A DNA stretch of 64,000 nt from Dudresnaya verticillata. Its lineage: Eukaryota. The stretch is taken from contig OZ374557.1 in assembly GCA_977862235.1 (NCBI GenBank), forward strand, positions 558,001-622,000, written 5' to 3'. Below are positions 62,171-64,000 of the stretch, in pieces. Made by a program: the position numbers and the translations under genes. Positions within the stretch are counted from its first letter, which is position 1, and every line of letters starts with the position of its first letter. The notes below the pieces were generated by a model. That model saw only the letters and a list, made by a program, of their open reading frames with translations, did not search any database and was not told the DNA's origin.

Positions 62171-64000
62171 GTTGTTAACGATCATGGGTTCCTCCCTCTC
62201 GGGTGTCCCCCCAACGCCCCACGACGTCTCCTCTTTATTGACCCTCGGCGGTCCTCTGCATTCTAATTATTGTCAGTAACCCTCGGGGAGATTTCCTCCC
62301 GCACCTCCGCGTGCCAGGGTTTATAGTAGTTAAGGTCCCTCTGGGTCGGACCGGCCATGCCCCTCTGCGGGCAACTGAGTGATGACTACGGCCGCACACA
62401 AGAGGGCTCTAACACGTTCCACGAGGAGCTCTCTTCCCTTTCTTTGAAAAAGGCCCCGCCCTCTCTCCGCTCGTAAACAAACCCAGTATCCTGACAGCTC
62501 CAAGTACAGTATTCCGTCTTTGCCTACCGAAAATCGCCTAAGTGGGACCACTCTGAGAACTAACCAACAAACGAAGAATAAGAACACACTGCGAAACACT
62601 GCTTCGCCAATTGTGGTCCCTTCACTCAAGAGCACAAAAGTTTCATTCGTGCGAACCTCTTCCCACCGTCTCCCGCTGTTCACGGCCAGCATCACCAATC
62701 TTGCGAATATTCTTACAATTTCCCCGTCCCTCAACAATATTCAACCATTCAAGCGTATCTGAATAATAGTACGCACTGTAGCCACTCTGAGAGAACTTTC
62801 GAACAAAGACAACGTCGACGAAGGTAACTGTTTTCTCCTTTGAACGGACCTGTTCAGCTTGTCGAGGAGGAATGGGCGGGCATGGTCTAGCTTCGCTTCG
62901 AGGTTCGGGAATCCAAATGAGACCATCCCCATTGTCCTCCTTTGTGATACTAACAACAATACTCCACTTCCTACAGTAGCTATGTTTCTACGTGTTAAGC
63001 TCGCGACGCTTGAGCATTTTAGGCTTTTGCAATTCGTACAAGATTTCGCTACATGAGTCAATGAGGGTCTTGCGCGCATCTCCAGCTTCCAACCGAACGC
63101 AGAGGCCTTAGTGCCTGAGTCACTCCAAGCCCATGCCACCCTGCATGTGCGGCTTTGTGTAGCCCCGGTTATGCCTACGCAATAACGCGCTCATCAGTCA
63201 TATCCTCGCGCCAAATGACGTAGAGGGTCGTTCTCAATGCAAAACGCCCCCATTGTGCATCCAGTCTATAGTTTCAATCCATTCTTCCTCCCTTACTCAC
63301 AATTTAAACGTGCTAGGTTGAATGCTACTTCCCTTCTCACCGCTATTGCAGCAATAGAGCCCGCCCACCTGAACTGTGGTCCACTCCTCCTTGCACCGGG
63401 GGCTAGAGATGTTGCTAGAGATTTATTCTAGCTATGTTCAGCAACCGCTGCTCACTGTGCTCATCTTGAAGCAAAGAGTAGCATGTTTGTAGCATTGATA
63501 GGGTTCATTGCAAGCCATGTTTGTCTTCGCCACCTCCTGTGATCTTGAAATTGAAGGGACGATTGGTTTTAAAGAATGCAAAATACTTGTCGGCACTCTG
63601 TGAAGCACCAATTTCCAATGAAGTATAGCCCCATATCATGTCTAAAACTGCATTCGTGGTAAGCTTCCCTCGTTGTAGTGAAATTCGTCGTGGGAAGGCA
63701 TCTTGTTCAAGCTGATCTTGCTTTTAGATTTCATTCTTCCTCAACGTGAGGTTAGTGAGACTGGCTATCACAGCGGTAGATAGATAGACAGGTTGAGTGC
63801 GTGTGTGTGGCAAGGATGTTGAGGCTGACAGGCACAACAGTGGGGATACATGCATGGGGCAGCGAAACGGCAGTGCAGGTACTGTGTAGTACATAGTATG
63901 GTGATGGAAGGCCCAGCAATGGCGGGACAGGCGGGCCGGGGAGGGGCGGGTCTGGGACAGGTACAGGCGGTATGGTAGACGGGTGTGGGTGTGCGTGCGC

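Overview
This is a eukaryotic, gene-free, heterochromatin-like block made almost entirely of nested and decaying Ty3/Gypsy LTR retrotransposons with chromodomain-bearing integrases (PR-RT-RNaseH-IN-chromodomain order). A red-algal host is my guess from sequence style only. One element is structurally complete: element A, 4424-17565, minus strand, with 773-bp LTRs, an ATCAT target-site duplication (TSD), a PBS and a PPT. It is inserted into pol of an older element B. At least seven further truncated elements, two solo LTRs with TSDs and a ~2.5 kb degenerate repeat array are present. All recognisable primer-binding sites match tRNA-Tyr. The main candidate for an undescribed system is that three divergent elements (A, F, G) each carry a large ANTISENSE accessory ORF 3' of the chromodomain. 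Two of these have their own CCAAT+TATA promoter, and they share short protein motifs, suggesting an uncharacterised retroelement-borne protein family. Other oddities: a nearly full-length, intron-less, CCA-ending tRNA-Tyr copy fused into an element in place of gag/protease; a telomere-like (TTTTAGGGG)n filler at a deletion junction; five decayed ADxPL peptide repeats downstream of pol in B; a 52-bp perfect palindrome in gag; and mosaic LTR identity. Coordinates and counts were made by eye, and boundaries of decayed elements are approximate.
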